This document shows, piece after piece, positions 1-9,379 of a stretch of DNA of 64,000 nt. The position numbers and the translations under genes are program-made. Below the pieces are notes generated by a model, which saw only the letters and a program-made list of their open reading frames with translations, did no database searches and was not told where the DNA came from. The stretch is taken from the NCBI GenBank assembly GCA_964496855.1, contig CAZCAU010000001.1, forward strand, positions 62-64,061, read 5' to 3'. The DNA is from an uncultured Desulfurococcales archaeon. GTDB taxonomy: Archaea; Thermoproteota; Thermoprotei_A; Sulfolobales; CAZCAU01. Every line of letters begins with the position of its first letter. Positions within the stretch are counted from its first letter, which is position 1.

Positions 1-36
1 ATTGTTAAGCCGGAGTTATAATAGGGTGTTCTTATA

Positions 37-1887
37 ATGCCACATGGCTATATGGGTCGAATTCTAGAAGTCGATCTTGATAAAGAGAAATATTATATAA
101 AAGAACTATGCATGGACACGGCTAAGAAGTATCTAGGAGGAAAAGGATACGCCCTATGGCTCATATATGAGTGGGCACGCAAATTAGAGCAAAAACATGG
201 TTCATTACTAGATCTTGACGCCTTCCACCCGGATAACCTGCTAGTAATTGCTACAGGTCCAGCCACAGGCACACTATTCCCTTCAAGCGGTCGATATCAC
301 GTCATGGCTCTCAAGAGCCCGCTTACGGGAAGCGTTGCATCAGCAAATTCTGGCGGCTTCTGGGGACCCTATCTCAAATACGCTGGCTTCGACATCATTG
401 TGGTAAAAGGTGCTGCTGAGAAGCCTGTGTATCTATGGATAGATGATGGTAAAGTGGAATTTAGAGACGCGACTCACCTATGGGGACGAACAGTATTCGA
501 GGCTACAAGAGCTATAAAAGAGGAGGTATATAACAAAGACGCGAAAGTACTAACCATAGGGCCCGCAGGCGAGAACAAGGTCAGGTTTGCAGCAATAATG
601 AATGACGAGCACAGAGCAGCTGGCAGAACCGGTGTAGGAGCTGTAATGGGTTCTAAGAAGCTAAAAGCAATAGCAGTATACGGTACACAGAAGATACCCG
701 TAGAGAAACCCGATGAGCTTAGGACAGTGGCATACGAGATGATACAGCGCTTGAGAAAGAACCCTGTTACCGGGTCAGGCCTACCAAAGTATGGTACAGC
801 CGTACTAGTTAACATAATTAATGAGGCTGGCATGTTCCCAACAAAGAACTTCCAGACAGGCGTACATCCCTACGGCAAGGATATAAGCGGAGAGACTCTA
901 GCCGAGAAGTATCTTGTAAAGAACCATGCATGCTGGGGTTGTACAATAGCATGTGCTAGGGCGACAAGAGTAGAGACTGGCCCGTATAAGGTTACATACT
1001 CTGAAGGACCAGAGTATGAGAGTATTTGGGCACTAGGCGCCTCAACATTCCTTAAAGAGCTAGATGCTATTGTAAAAGCCAACCATCTCGCTGACGAATT
1101 CGGGCTAGACACAATATCACTAGGAGCTACCATTGCCGCCGCTATGGAGCTGGTTGAGAAAGGAAAGATACCCGAAGAGAAGCTTGATGGAATAGACTTG
1201 AGGTTCGGCAACGCCTCCGCAGTTGTTGACATGGTCTATAGAATAGCATATAGAATAGGTATAGGCAATGATCTTGCTGAGGGGAGCTACAGACTAGGAG
1301 CCAAATATGGTATGCCGGAAGTATCAATGAGCGTCAAGAAATTAGAACTACCAGCATATGATCCTAGAGGAGCAAAGGGTATAGGACTAAACTATGCTAC
1401 AGCTAATCGTGGAGGATGCCACGTCACTGGTTACACAATATCACCAGAGGTCTTAGGTCTACCAGAGAAAATAGATAGATTCACACCAGAGGGTAAAGCA
1501 AAGTGGGTAAAGCTCTTCCAAGACTTCACATCAACAGTAAACTCCACAGTAGCATGCCTATTTGTAACATTCGAGCTGGGTCCAGCAGACTTCGCAAAAC
1601 TCTTGACACCGATCACAGGCTGGGAGCTAACAGAGAATGACATACTGGTAATAGGCGAGCGTATTTATAATCTAGAAAGATACATTATGACTAGATTCCT
1701 TGGATTATCAAGAAAAGACGATACATTACCAAGAAGACTCCTAGAAGAACCAATGCCCGAAGGACCTTCTAAGGGACACGTGGTCGAGCTAGATAAGATG
1801 CTTGACGAATATTACAAGCTTAGAGGATGGAAAGACGGGAAACCAACCCCAGAAAAATTAAAGGAACTAGGCATACCCGTAGATTAA
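37..1887 (+). CDS. aor: Tungsten-containing aldehyde:ferredoxin oxidoreductase (AOR family)
   Basis: 616-aa ORF. AOR N-domain pattern GRILEVDL...KYLGGKG. CWGCTIAC (CX2CX3C) 4Fe-4S ligand motif. GRTGVGAVMGSKKLKAI and ANRGGCH motifs. Size is typical of AOR enzymes. Confidence 0.9.
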   Translation: MPHGYMGRILEVDLDKEKYYIKELCMDTAKKYLGGKGYALWLIYEWARKLEQKHGSLLDLDAFHPDNLLVIATGPATGTLFPSSGRYHVMALKSPLTGSVASANSGGFWGPYLKYAGFDIIVVKGAAEKPVYLWIDDGKVEFRDATHLWGRTVFEATRAIKEEVYNKDAKVLTIGPAGENKVRFAAIMNDEHRAAGRTGVGAVMGSKKLKAIAVYGTQKIPVEKPDELRTVAYEMIQRLRKNPVTGSGLPKYGTAVLVNIINEAGMFPTKNFQTGVHPYGKDISGETLAEKYLVKNHACWGCTIACARATRVETGPYKVTYSEGPEYESIWALGASTFLKELDAIVKANHLADEFGLDTISLGATIAAAMELVEKGKIPEEKLDGIDLRFGNASAVVDMVYRIAYRIGIGNDLAEGSYRLGAKYGMPEVSMSVKKLELPAYDPRGAKGIGLNYATANRGGCHVTGYTISPEVLGLPEKIDRFTPEGKAKWVKLFQDFTSTVNSTVACLFVTFELGPADFAKLLTPITGWELTENDILVIGERIYNLERYIMTRFLGLSRKDDTLPRRLLEEPMPEGPSKGHVVELDKMLDEYYKLRGWKDGKPTPEKLKELGIPVD

Positions 1888-1978
1888 CACATATTTCCTC
1901 AAACCAAAAACCTTTTTTAAACAAAGTTTTCTATCAGTTAATTGAAGACCATAAAGACGTATTGGGGATTAAACGAAA

Positions 1979-2263
1979 GTGGTTAGTGTTACAGTACGTT
2001 TTTATGCAACACTAAAAGAGAAGACAGGGCAATTCGAAGTAAAGGTTTCATCTCCCAAAACGCTGAGAGAACTATTGTTAAAACTAGGAGAAATATACGG
2101 GAAAGAACTACTAGAAGCACTCTACGACACAGAGAAAGATGTTTTGAGGAGAGGAGTAATAATTTTCATCAATGGTCTTGAACCATATTATAAGGAAGGC
2201 TTAGACACAGAGCTCAATGACGGCGATGTCGTAGCGATATTCCCGCCAGCTGGCGGCGGGTAG
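1979..2263 (+). CDS. MoaD/ThiS-family beta-grasp sulfur-carrier (SAMP-like) protein
   Basis: 94 aa with a GTG start. MoaD pattern VTVRFYATLKEKTG ... NDGDVVAIFPPAGGG with a C-terminal Gly-Gly(-Gly). Lies 91 nt downstream of aor on the same strand. Confidence 0.8.
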   Translation: MVSVTVRFYATLKEKTGQFEVKVSSPKTLRELLLKLGEIYGKELLEALYDTEKDVLRRGVIIFINGLEPYYKEGLDTELNDGDVVAIFPPAGGG

Positions 2264-2290
2264 AAGATTATAGAGAGGAGAAATTATTCA

Positions 2291-3592
2291 ATGAATATTT
2301 CGAAAAAACCAGTAATCAAAAAGGTATACGTAGAGATAACTAATGCTTGTAATCTAAACTGCATAATGTGTATACGGAGGGCGTGGAACGCAGAAATAGG
2401 CTATATGAAAAAAGAAACTTTGGATCGAGCATTAGATTTCTTAGAACAATTAGGTACAGTCGATCACGTAGATTTAACAGGTATGGGAGAAACACTTGTC
2501 CATCCACAAGCTCTGGAGTATATTAAAGTGATAAGAAAGCGGTTTCCAGAAGTACTATTATCGTTCACGACAAATTTGTCTCTATTGAAAGATAATAATA
2601 TAAGAACTTTGGCAGAGCTATTTGATACAATATATGTATCATTAGATTCGCTAGATGAGGAAAAACTGAAGAGAATACGTACACCTGGCCCATCAGGCAA
2701 CATAATAAGTATACTGAGAGTTCTTAGTAAGTATAAGGAGCAGAGCGATCTTAAGCTAGGAGTATCTTTCTTAGCTATGAAAAACAATATTGATGAGCTA
2801 CCTGTTCTTATCAGCAAAGCCGCTGAGCTAGGAATAGATAAAATACAAGTATCTAACCTCATACCTTACGTGAAGAGCCTTTTATCAGAAACTCTCTATA
2901 CTATAGTCCCCGGCGAAATAATAGAGATACTGACCAGCTTGGATTTTAAGGAGTTGGAAGAATTAAACTATTATCTAGCCACCAGAACTTTTTCGCTAGT
3001 TTACGGTGTTGACGATCCTAAGCTTATAAGCTATATGAAAACATACTTGAGGATGCTGAGAAAAGCAGATAGCCGGAATGTCTCGCTAAATGTAGAAGGT
3101 TATCTGAGAGAAATAGAGAAAATCAAGACGGCATTTTATACAAATAGAGTTTTTAACAAGACACTAGAGATTGCTAGAGAGAAAAACATCGAAGTAGAGT
3201 TGCCAAGGCAATGGCCTATTGCTAATTCTATACGGTGTCCTTTTGAAGAATTCCATGGAATAGTAATAAGGTGGAATGGGGTAATTACGCCTTGTCAAAG
3301 ACTAATGTATACTCACTCTGAATACTTTGAGAGCCACCAGAGGCTAGTTAAAGAATACCATTTGGGCTCAGTAACAGATAAACATGTAATCACCAGATTG
3401 CTAGAAGATAACGGGTTAAGCAGACTATGGCATAGGCTTCGATCATTTAAAAATAATAATCCATGGTGTGGGGAATGTCCTTTCGCATACAATGGTTGTC
3501 CTTTTTTAAGAGATACCGAAAATGATTGTCTTGGCAGTAATCCCTCATGTAGTGACTGTCTTTATGCAGCAGGCATTACAAAGTGTCCGTAG
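2291..3592 (+). CDS. Radical SAM protein with C-terminal SPASM/twitch-like Cys-rich domain (Cmo-like, function unknown)
   Basis: 433 aa. CNLNCIMC (CX3CX2C) near the N-terminus followed by GMGETLVHP. The C-terminal third has 9 Cys, including CX14GX4C (CPFEEFHGIVIRWNGVITPC) and CGECPFAYNGC. Its position beside aor recalls the P. furiosus cmo gene. Confidence 0.8.
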   Translation: MNISKKPVIKKVYVEITNACNLNCIMCIRRAWNAEIGYMKKETLDRALDFLEQLGTVDHVDLTGMGETLVHPQALEYIKVIRKRFPEVLLSFTTNLSLLKDNNIRTLAELFDTIYVSLDSLDEEKLKRIRTPGPSGNIISILRVLSKYKEQSDLKLGVSFLAMKNNIDELPVLISKAAELGIDKIQVSNLIPYVKSLLSETLYTIVPGEIIEILTSLDFKELEELNYYLATRTFSLVYGVDDPKLISYMKTYLRMLRKADSRNVSLNVEGYLREIEKIKTAFYTNRVFNKTLEIAREKNIEVELPRQWPIANSIRCPFEEFHGIVIRWNGVITPCQRLMYTHSEYFESHQRLVKEYHLGSVTDKHVITRLLEDNGLSRLWHRLRSFKNNNPWCGECPFAYNGCPFLRDTENDCLGSNPSCSDCLYAAGITKCP

Positions 3593-3600
3593 TAGCTCTT

Positions 3601-4746
3601 CTATTTTATCATGAATTCCTCCACTAAGTATCTTTTCAGCTTATCTTCCAAGACTTCTACCCCTAGACCGGGTTTATCAGGCGCTCTTATGCTTCTAACA
3701 TTATTAATTATCTCTTCTTTCATTCCTGTGCCAACGTCGTCAGCCAGACCCCATTCTTCGTGCTCTGCTCCTATATCGCCATACTTTATAATGTCAAGCG
3801 CTATTGCTAGGTGTAAATTAGCCGCTCTGCCTATCATGGTTTCTCCCATACTGCCAATGTACGCTTCTAGGCCCGATGCTTCAGCTATAGCTGCCACTTT
3901 TAGAGCATTGTGTATGCCGCCTGTTTTCATGAGCTTTATATTTATTATATCGGCAGCCCTCTTCTCAACAACCCTTACTACATCTTGAGGAGTGTGAACA
4001 CTCTCGTCAACCATTATTGGTATATCAACCTTTCTACGTATTTCTGCAAGACCATCTAGATCCCATGCTAGGATAGGTTGTTCTGCCAACTGTATATCGT
4101 ATCTCTCCATGAGCTTGAGAGCTCGTATAGCTCTAGAAGGCTTTATCCACCCCTGGTTAGCATCTACTCTTATGAAGGGTTTATCTCCAACAACTTCTCT
4201 GATACGTTTTATCTTCTCTGCATCACGATAAGGATCTTCACCTACTTTTATTTTAAGCACTTGTATCTTCTTCTCAATATCTTTCCTAACCTTATCTAGA
4301 GTCTCCTCTATTGTAGCTAGTGTGGCGCCGCCTGTTACCGGGAAGTGGTCGCGGGTCCTCCCACCTATTAGCTTGTGAAGAGGCTTACCGGTAATCTTAC
4401 CCATTAGGTCATGCATAGCTATATCGATAGCTGCTTTTGCGCCAGGAGCCCCTGCTACATCAGGGAGGTTTGCAAAGAATTTTTCTATATCGAATGGATC
4501 CATGCCTATGATTCTCGGGCCTATAAGTTCTTTTATCACAGCTGCTACAGTGCTCGCTGTCTCACCTGTAAACTCGTGAGCTGGACAGGCCTCACCATAG
4601 CCTATGATGCCATCATTTGTTTCTATTTTTACGATAACAAATGGTTGATCGGTATATGTAGCCGTGGCTATCTTGAATACCCTCTGGTATGGTATGCGTA
4701 TTGAGCATACTTCTATTCTCTTTATACGCATATCTACATGCCCCAC
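3601..4746 (-). CDS. Enolase-superfamily enzyme, MLE subgroup (dipeptide epimerase-like)
   Basis: 381 aa. Motifs VLKIKVG (KxK), RVDANQGW, LAEQP, MVDES (metal ligands) and INIKLMKTGG (second catalytic Lys). GTG start at 4746; the ATG at 4731 (MRIKRIEV) may be the true start. Confidence 0.8.
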   Translation of the reverse strand: MGHVDMRIKRIEVCSIRIPYQRVFKIATATYTDQPFVIVKIETNDGIIGYGEACPAHEFTGETASTVAAVIKELIGPRIIGMDPFDIEKFFANLPDVAGAPGAKAAIDIAMHDLMGKITGKPLHKLIGGRTRDHFPVTGGATLATIEETLDKVRKDIEKKIQVLKIKVGEDPYRDAEKIKRIREVVGDKPFIRVDANQGWIKPSRAIRALKLMERYDIQLAEQPILAWDLDGLAEIRRKVDIPIMVDESVHTPQDVVRVVEKRAADIINIKLMKTGGIHNALKVAAIAEASGLEAYIGSMGETMIGRAANLHLAIALDIIKYGDIGAEHEEWGLADDVGTGMKEEIINNVRSIRAPDKPGLGVEVLEDKLKRYLVEEFMIK

Positions 4747-4839
4747 ACGCTGTAATAACCAGTGTTTGCTAAAAATATTTACATCATAACACTAATTTGA
4801 TAGTAGGTCGTCAGGAGAACACTGGAAGAGGCGGAAAAG

Positions 4840-5145
4840 TTGGATAAAATCAGGAGAGACGTAATAGATAGAGACTTAGTAGGAAAACTCGCCAGAATGA
4901 CTCTTATCGATCTAGGAGAAGACGAGTTGCAAGAGATGCTTAATTCTCTAAATAAGATTATTGAGTGGTTTGAGGCTCTTGAAAACGTAGATACAAGCAA
5001 TATTGATCCTCTTTACCACCCGTTAGAGGATACTGGTGTACTAAGAGACGATGAGCAAGGAGAAACCATGAGGGAGGAAGATATCCGCTTACTAAACAAG
5101 CCGATCAAAGACGGCTATGTTGTAGCTCCCTGGCGGGGGACGTGA
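4840..5145 (+). CDS. gatC: Asp/Glu-tRNA amidotransferase subunit C
   Basis: 101 aa with a TTG start preceded by a purine-rich stretch (GGAAGAGGCGGAAAAG). GatC pattern LARMTLIDLGEDELQEM...NKIIEWFEALENVD. Immediately upstream of gatA/gatB. Confidence 0.8.
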   Translation: MDKIRRDVIDRDLVGKLARMTLIDLGEDELQEMLNSLNKIIEWFEALENVDTSNIDPLYHPLEDTGVLRDDEQGETMREEDIRLLNKPIKDGYVVAPWRGT

Positions 5146-5148
5146 AGG

Positions 5149-6609
5149 TTGCCTAGGAAGTATCAGTATTCTTCTGTGACTATGATTGTAGAAGGTTTAA
5201 GAAATGGTGATTTTACTGCTGAAGAAATTGTAGAGCATTATTTGGAAAAGATAGAGCGGGTAAATAATACTATAAATGCATATGTGAGAGTGTATAGGGA
5301 TCTAGCACTTAGCACCGCAAGGAGGATAGATGAGAAAATTAAGAAAGGCGAAGAAATAGGGGTTCTTGCCGGAGTCCCTATAGCTGTAAAAGATAATATT
5401 TTAATCAGGGGGCTTAAAGCTACGGCTTCTTCACGTATACTGGAAGACTTTGTATCACCATACGATGCTACTGTTATATCAAGGATAAAGAGAGAGGATG
5501 GTATACTAATAGGCCATACAAACATGGACGAGTTTGGCATGGGGAGTACTACAGAGTTTAGCATATATGGTGCTACACGTAATCCCTGGAACACAAGACA
5601 TGTTGCAGGGGGAAGCAGCGGTGGAAGCGCAGCAGCGATTGCTGCAGACATAGCTGTACTGGCGCTGGGTAGCGACACAGGAGGGTCGATAAGATGCCCC
5701 GCCTCTTACACTTATACTTATGGACTAAAGCCTTCTTATGGCACTGTTAGTAGAAGAGGGTTAATTGCATATGCTAACAGCCTTGAACAGATTGGCCCCT
5801 TAGCTAGAAGTGCTAGTGATCTTAGACTACTCTATAGCGTCATAAGCGGCAAAGATCCACTAGACTCTACAACTATTAGCTCGAAACCCAGAATCTACAC
5901 TGCAAGTGATATCAGAGTAGAAAAGCTGAGAATAGCTATAGCAAGAGAATTCGTCGAAGAAGGCATTGATAATAGTGTAAGAAAGCTCTTTTACGAGTTC
6001 CTTGACAAGATATCAAGCGAAGTTGCAGGCATAGAAGAGGTAAGTATTCCCGAACTCAAATACGCTTTACCAGCTTACTATGTCATAGCAATGGCTGAGG
6101 CACAAAGTAATCTAGCAAGATACTCGGGGATAATAGTTGGGAAAAGAGTAACCGGAAATAGCTGGGAGAACACCATAGCATCTTCTAGATCCGCAGGTTT
6201 TGGAAAAGAAGTTAAAAGACGCATGCTGCTAGGCGCTTATGTACTAATGGCAGGATATAAGGATAAGTACTACATCAAGGCTCTCCAAGTACGTAGACTA
6301 ATAAAGAATAAAATAGAACATGTTCTAGCAAAACACGATATACTTGTTTGCCCTACGACACCAATACCACCGCCAAGAATAGGTGAAAAACTCACTGATC
6401 CGCTGAGTTTGTACATGATGGATATACTGACAGTCCCAGCAAACTTATCAGGCTTACCAGCACTAAATATGCCGCTAGGCTTCGTCTCTGCAAAACTACC
6501 TGTGGGAGTTCAACTTATCGGAAAATACCTAGACGACTTCTATCTAATAGCAGTAGCAGAAGTACTCTCCAAAATAACAGGTATTGAGAGCAGGGTGGCT
6601 GAGATATGA
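5149..6609 (+). CDS. gatA: Asp/Glu-tRNA amidotransferase subunit A (amidase signature family)
   Basis: 486 aa. Amidase signature GGSSGGSAAAIA and GSDTGGSIR. TTG start 3 nt after the gatC stop. Confidence 0.9.
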   Translation: MPRKYQYSSVTMIVEGLRNGDFTAEEIVEHYLEKIERVNNTINAYVRVYRDLALSTARRIDEKIKKGEEIGVLAGVPIAVKDNILIRGLKATASSRILEDFVSPYDATVISRIKREDGILIGHTNMDEFGMGSTTEFSIYGATRNPWNTRHVAGGSSGGSAAAIAADIAVLALGSDTGGSIRCPASYTYTYGLKPSYGTVSRRGLIAYANSLEQIGPLARSASDLRLLYSVISGKDPLDSTTISSKPRIYTASDIRVEKLRIAIAREFVEEGIDNSVRKLFYEFLDKISSEVAGIEEVSIPELKYALPAYYVIAMAEAQSNLARYSGIIVGKRVTGNSWENTIASSRSAGFGKEVKRRMLLGAYVLMAGYKDKYYIKALQVRRLIKNKIEHVLAKHDILVCPTTPIPPPRIGEKLTDPLSLYMMDILTVPANLSGLPALNMPLGFVSAKLPVGVQLIGKYLDDFYLIAVAEVLSKITGIESRVAEI

Positions 6610-8066
6610 GTATGACTAGAAACAACATTATTATAGGGCTAGAAGTACACGTACAGATTACTAGTACTAAGACCAAGTTGTTCTGTTCATGTCCTACAGA
6701 TTATCGAGGAAAAAAACCTAATACAAATGTATGCCCAGTATGCCTTGGCCTGCCCGGAGCATTACCAGTTGTTAACAAAGAAGCTGTAAAATACGGACTC
6801 GCCGTCGCGCTAGCCCTTAACGCCGAGATCCCGGATAAGATAATTTTCTCTAGAAAGCACTACTTCTACCCCGATTTACCCAAGAATTATCAGATAACAC
6901 AATACCATGGCTATGGAGCCCCTCTAGGTACTAACGGGTATCTCAAGATAAGAGTCAACGGTGAAGAAAAGACTATAGGTATTGAGAGAATACATTTAGA
7001 AGAAGACCCGGGAAAACTAGTTTACGAAGAGAGCGGGATAGCTAGGAGCAGGCATGTCTTTATAGATTACAATAGAAGTGGTATACCATTATTAGAAATA
7101 GTCACACTTCCACAACTAAATAGTCCTCTCGAGGCAGAATTGTTTCTAGAAAAACTGAGAGTGATATTAGAGTATCTCGAGGTAACTGACCCCAAGATGG
7201 AGGGGTGGATGCGCGTTGACGCTAACATAAGTATAGCAGGCTATCAACGTGTTGAGGTAAAGAATATTGGTTCTATAAAGGATGTTAGAAAAGCATTAGA
7301 GTACGAAGTAAAGAGGCAAGAAGCTATAATTAAGAGTGGTGGCACTGTAAAGAGAGAGACAAGGCACTGGGATTCTCTGAGAGGAGTTACACTTCCTTTA
7401 AGAGAGAAAGAGTATGAGGAAGATTACCGTTATTTCCCCGATCCCGACTTACCGCCAATACTGGTTACAAGAGAGCTTATTGAATCTGCTAAGAGTATTA
7501 TACCAGAACTGCCCGACGAGAAGTATGAGCGTTTTATAAAAATGTATAAACTAGCAGAGCATACTGTTTCTATACTTGTCTCTAATAAGAAGCTGGCGGA
7601 TATCTTTGAGGAGACATTGAAAATACACTATAACCCACGGAGAATAGCGAGTATACTAGTTACAGATTATCTAAGCTGTCTTGAGAAACATCAACTAATT
7701 ATAGGAGAGGACAAGCTAACGCCTACTAATCTAGCTAAGCTCGTGAAAATGATGGATGATGGAGTAATAAGCATAGCTGCTGCTAAAGACATATTCTGGG
7801 ACATAGTTCTCAAAGGCGTTGACCCTGAGAAAAAGGCACGGGAAAAGGGCTATCTAGGACGCATTAGTGGGGATATACTTAAGAATATAATTAGAGAAGT
7901 CATGGGAGAGAACCCCAAAGCCGTTAATGATGCTAAATCTAATGCAAAAGCATTAAATTATCTAGTAGGCCTGGTTTTAAAGAAAACAAGAGGAAAAGCG
8001 GATCCCAGAGAAGTGTATACACTCATAGCGGAAATGCTGAAAGAGGATGAGACAAATGAAGCGTGA
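6606..8066 (+). CDS. gatB: Asp/Glu-tRNA amidotransferase subunit B
   Basis: 486 aa. GatB N-terminus IIGLEVHVQITSTKTKLFCSC. 4-nt ATGA overlap with gatA. C-terminal YqeY-like tail. Confidence 0.9.
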   Translation: MSMTRNNIIIGLEVHVQITSTKTKLFCSCPTDYRGKKPNTNVCPVCLGLPGALPVVNKEAVKYGLAVALALNAEIPDKIIFSRKHYFYPDLPKNYQITQYHGYGAPLGTNGYLKIRVNGEEKTIGIERIHLEEDPGKLVYEESGIARSRHVFIDYNRSGIPLLEIVTLPQLNSPLEAELFLEKLRVILEYLEVTDPKMEGWMRVDANISIAGYQRVEVKNIGSIKDVRKALEYEVKRQEAIIKSGGTVKRETRHWDSLRGVTLPLREKEYEEDYRYFPDPDLPPILVTRELIESAKSIIPELPDEKYERFIKMYKLAEHTVSILVSNKKLADIFEETLKIHYNPRRIASILVTDYLSCLEKHQLIIGEDKLTPTNLAKLVKMMDDGVISIAAAKDIFWDIVLKGVDPEKKAREKGYLGRISGDILKNIIREVMGENPKAVNDAKSNAKALNYLVGLVLKKTRGKADPREVYTLIAEMLKEDETNEA

Positions 8067-9369
8067 GCACATATCAAGAGTTTTTCATGAAAAACTATCC
8101 GCAGGTAGCAAGGTGTATTTGAAGGGATGGGTAAAGCACAAACGCGTGCTAAAAGATAAGATCTTTATAGTATTAGTTGATGGGAGCAGCGAGATACAGG
8201 TTGTTGTACCGAAGAGTGCGAAAAATGCATGGAATACTATGAAGGAGACAAATGTATGGAGCGTAATAGGTGTAGAAGGGGTTGTAGCATACGATCCTAG
8301 GGCTCCAGGGGGCATAGAGGTTAGAGTTGAAAACATGGAGGTGATTAATAGCTCTGCTAAGATACTACCTATTGACCCGTTAAGGAGAGATACAGAGATT
8401 AGTAAGAGATTTGACTACCGGTTTATAGACCTACGTAATCCTCTTAGGAAACAAATACTTGTAGTTGCAAGTCTTGTAGCGAGATATGCTCGTGAGTACT
8501 TTGTAGAAAACGGGTTCCTAGAGATCTTTTCACCGAAAATAGTTGCGGAATCCACAGAGGGTGGTGCTAACACCTTCCCTGTAGTATATTTTGGTGAGGA
8601 AGCGTATCTCGCACAGAGTCCTCAATTATACAAGCAACTAATGATGCTAACCACTGCAGAGAGAGTTTTCGAGATAGGGCCAGCATTCAGAGCCGAGCCG
8701 CATAGATCACCACGCCACCTCTGCGAGTTCCAAAGCATCGACTTTGAGATGGCGTTTATCGAGGATTATGATGAAGTATACAAGACAGCTTACGACATGC
8801 TCTTATACGTATTCGAGAAAATAAAACAGAAGCATTCTAGTCATATAAATGAGTTCTTTGAAGACTGGGAACCACACATACCACGGGGAGGACCACTAGT
8901 AATTACATTTAATGAAGCATTAAGGATTCTGCGAGAGAACAATATTGCTACAGGAGACGATGAATTAAGTACCGAGGCTGAGAAACTCTTAGGCGAGTAT
9001 GCTAGGAAAGAGTATGGCAGTGATATAATAATTGTAACAGAGTATCCTTGGAGCGCAAGACCTTTCTACACTATGAGGAAACCTGGAGAGCCCCACCTTA
9101 CTAAAAGCTTTGACATACTGTTTCGTGGATTAGAGATAGCTAGCGGTAGCCAGCGTGAACATAGATATGATGTTCTCGTGAGACAAATAAGAGAAAAAGG
9201 CTTAGATGTAGAGAGGTTTAAGTTTTATACGGAATTCTTTAAATACGGTATGCCGCCACATGGTGGTGCAGGCTTAGGCTTAGAGAGAATAACCGCTAAA
9301 CTATTAAACTTAGATAATATTAAAGAAGCAAGACTACTGCCTAGAGATCCAGAGAGGCTTAGACCTTAG
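8047..9369 (+). CDS. aspS: Aspartyl-tRNA synthetase, archaeal type (probably non-discriminating)
   Basis: 440 aa. Class II motif 2 FRAEPHRSPRHLCEFQSIDFEM and motif 3 GGAGLGLERI. N-terminal OB fold. 20-nt overlap with gatB. Confidence 0.9.
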   Translation: MRQMKREHISRVFHEKLSAGSKVYLKGWVKHKRVLKDKIFIVLVDGSSEIQVVVPKSAKNAWNTMKETNVWSVIGVEGVVAYDPRAPGGIEVRVENMEVINSSAKILPIDPLRRDTEISKRFDYRFIDLRNPLRKQILVVASLVARYAREYFVENGFLEIFSPKIVAESTEGGANTFPVVYFGEEAYLAQSPQLYKQLMMLTTAERVFEIGPAFRAEPHRSPRHLCEFQSIDFEMAFIEDYDEVYKTAYDMLLYVFEKIKQKHSSHINEFFEDWEPHIPRGGPLVITFNEALRILRENNIATGDDELSTEAEKLLGEYARKEYGSDIIIVTEYPWSARPFYTMRKPGEPHLTKSFDILFRGLEIASGSQREHRYDVLVRQIREKGLDVERFKFYTEFFKYGMPPHGGAGLGLERITAKLLNLDNIKEARLLPRDPERLRP

Positions 9370-9379
9370 CAAAAATACT

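Noticed and set aside
1827-2015. 62-aa ORF spanning the aor 3' end and the MoaD-like start; considered as a possible precursor peptide for the radical SAM/SPASM enzyme.
   Set aside because: It overlaps two well-supported genes in other frames, and its translation is basic low-complexity sequence with no leader/core features. No support beyond being open.
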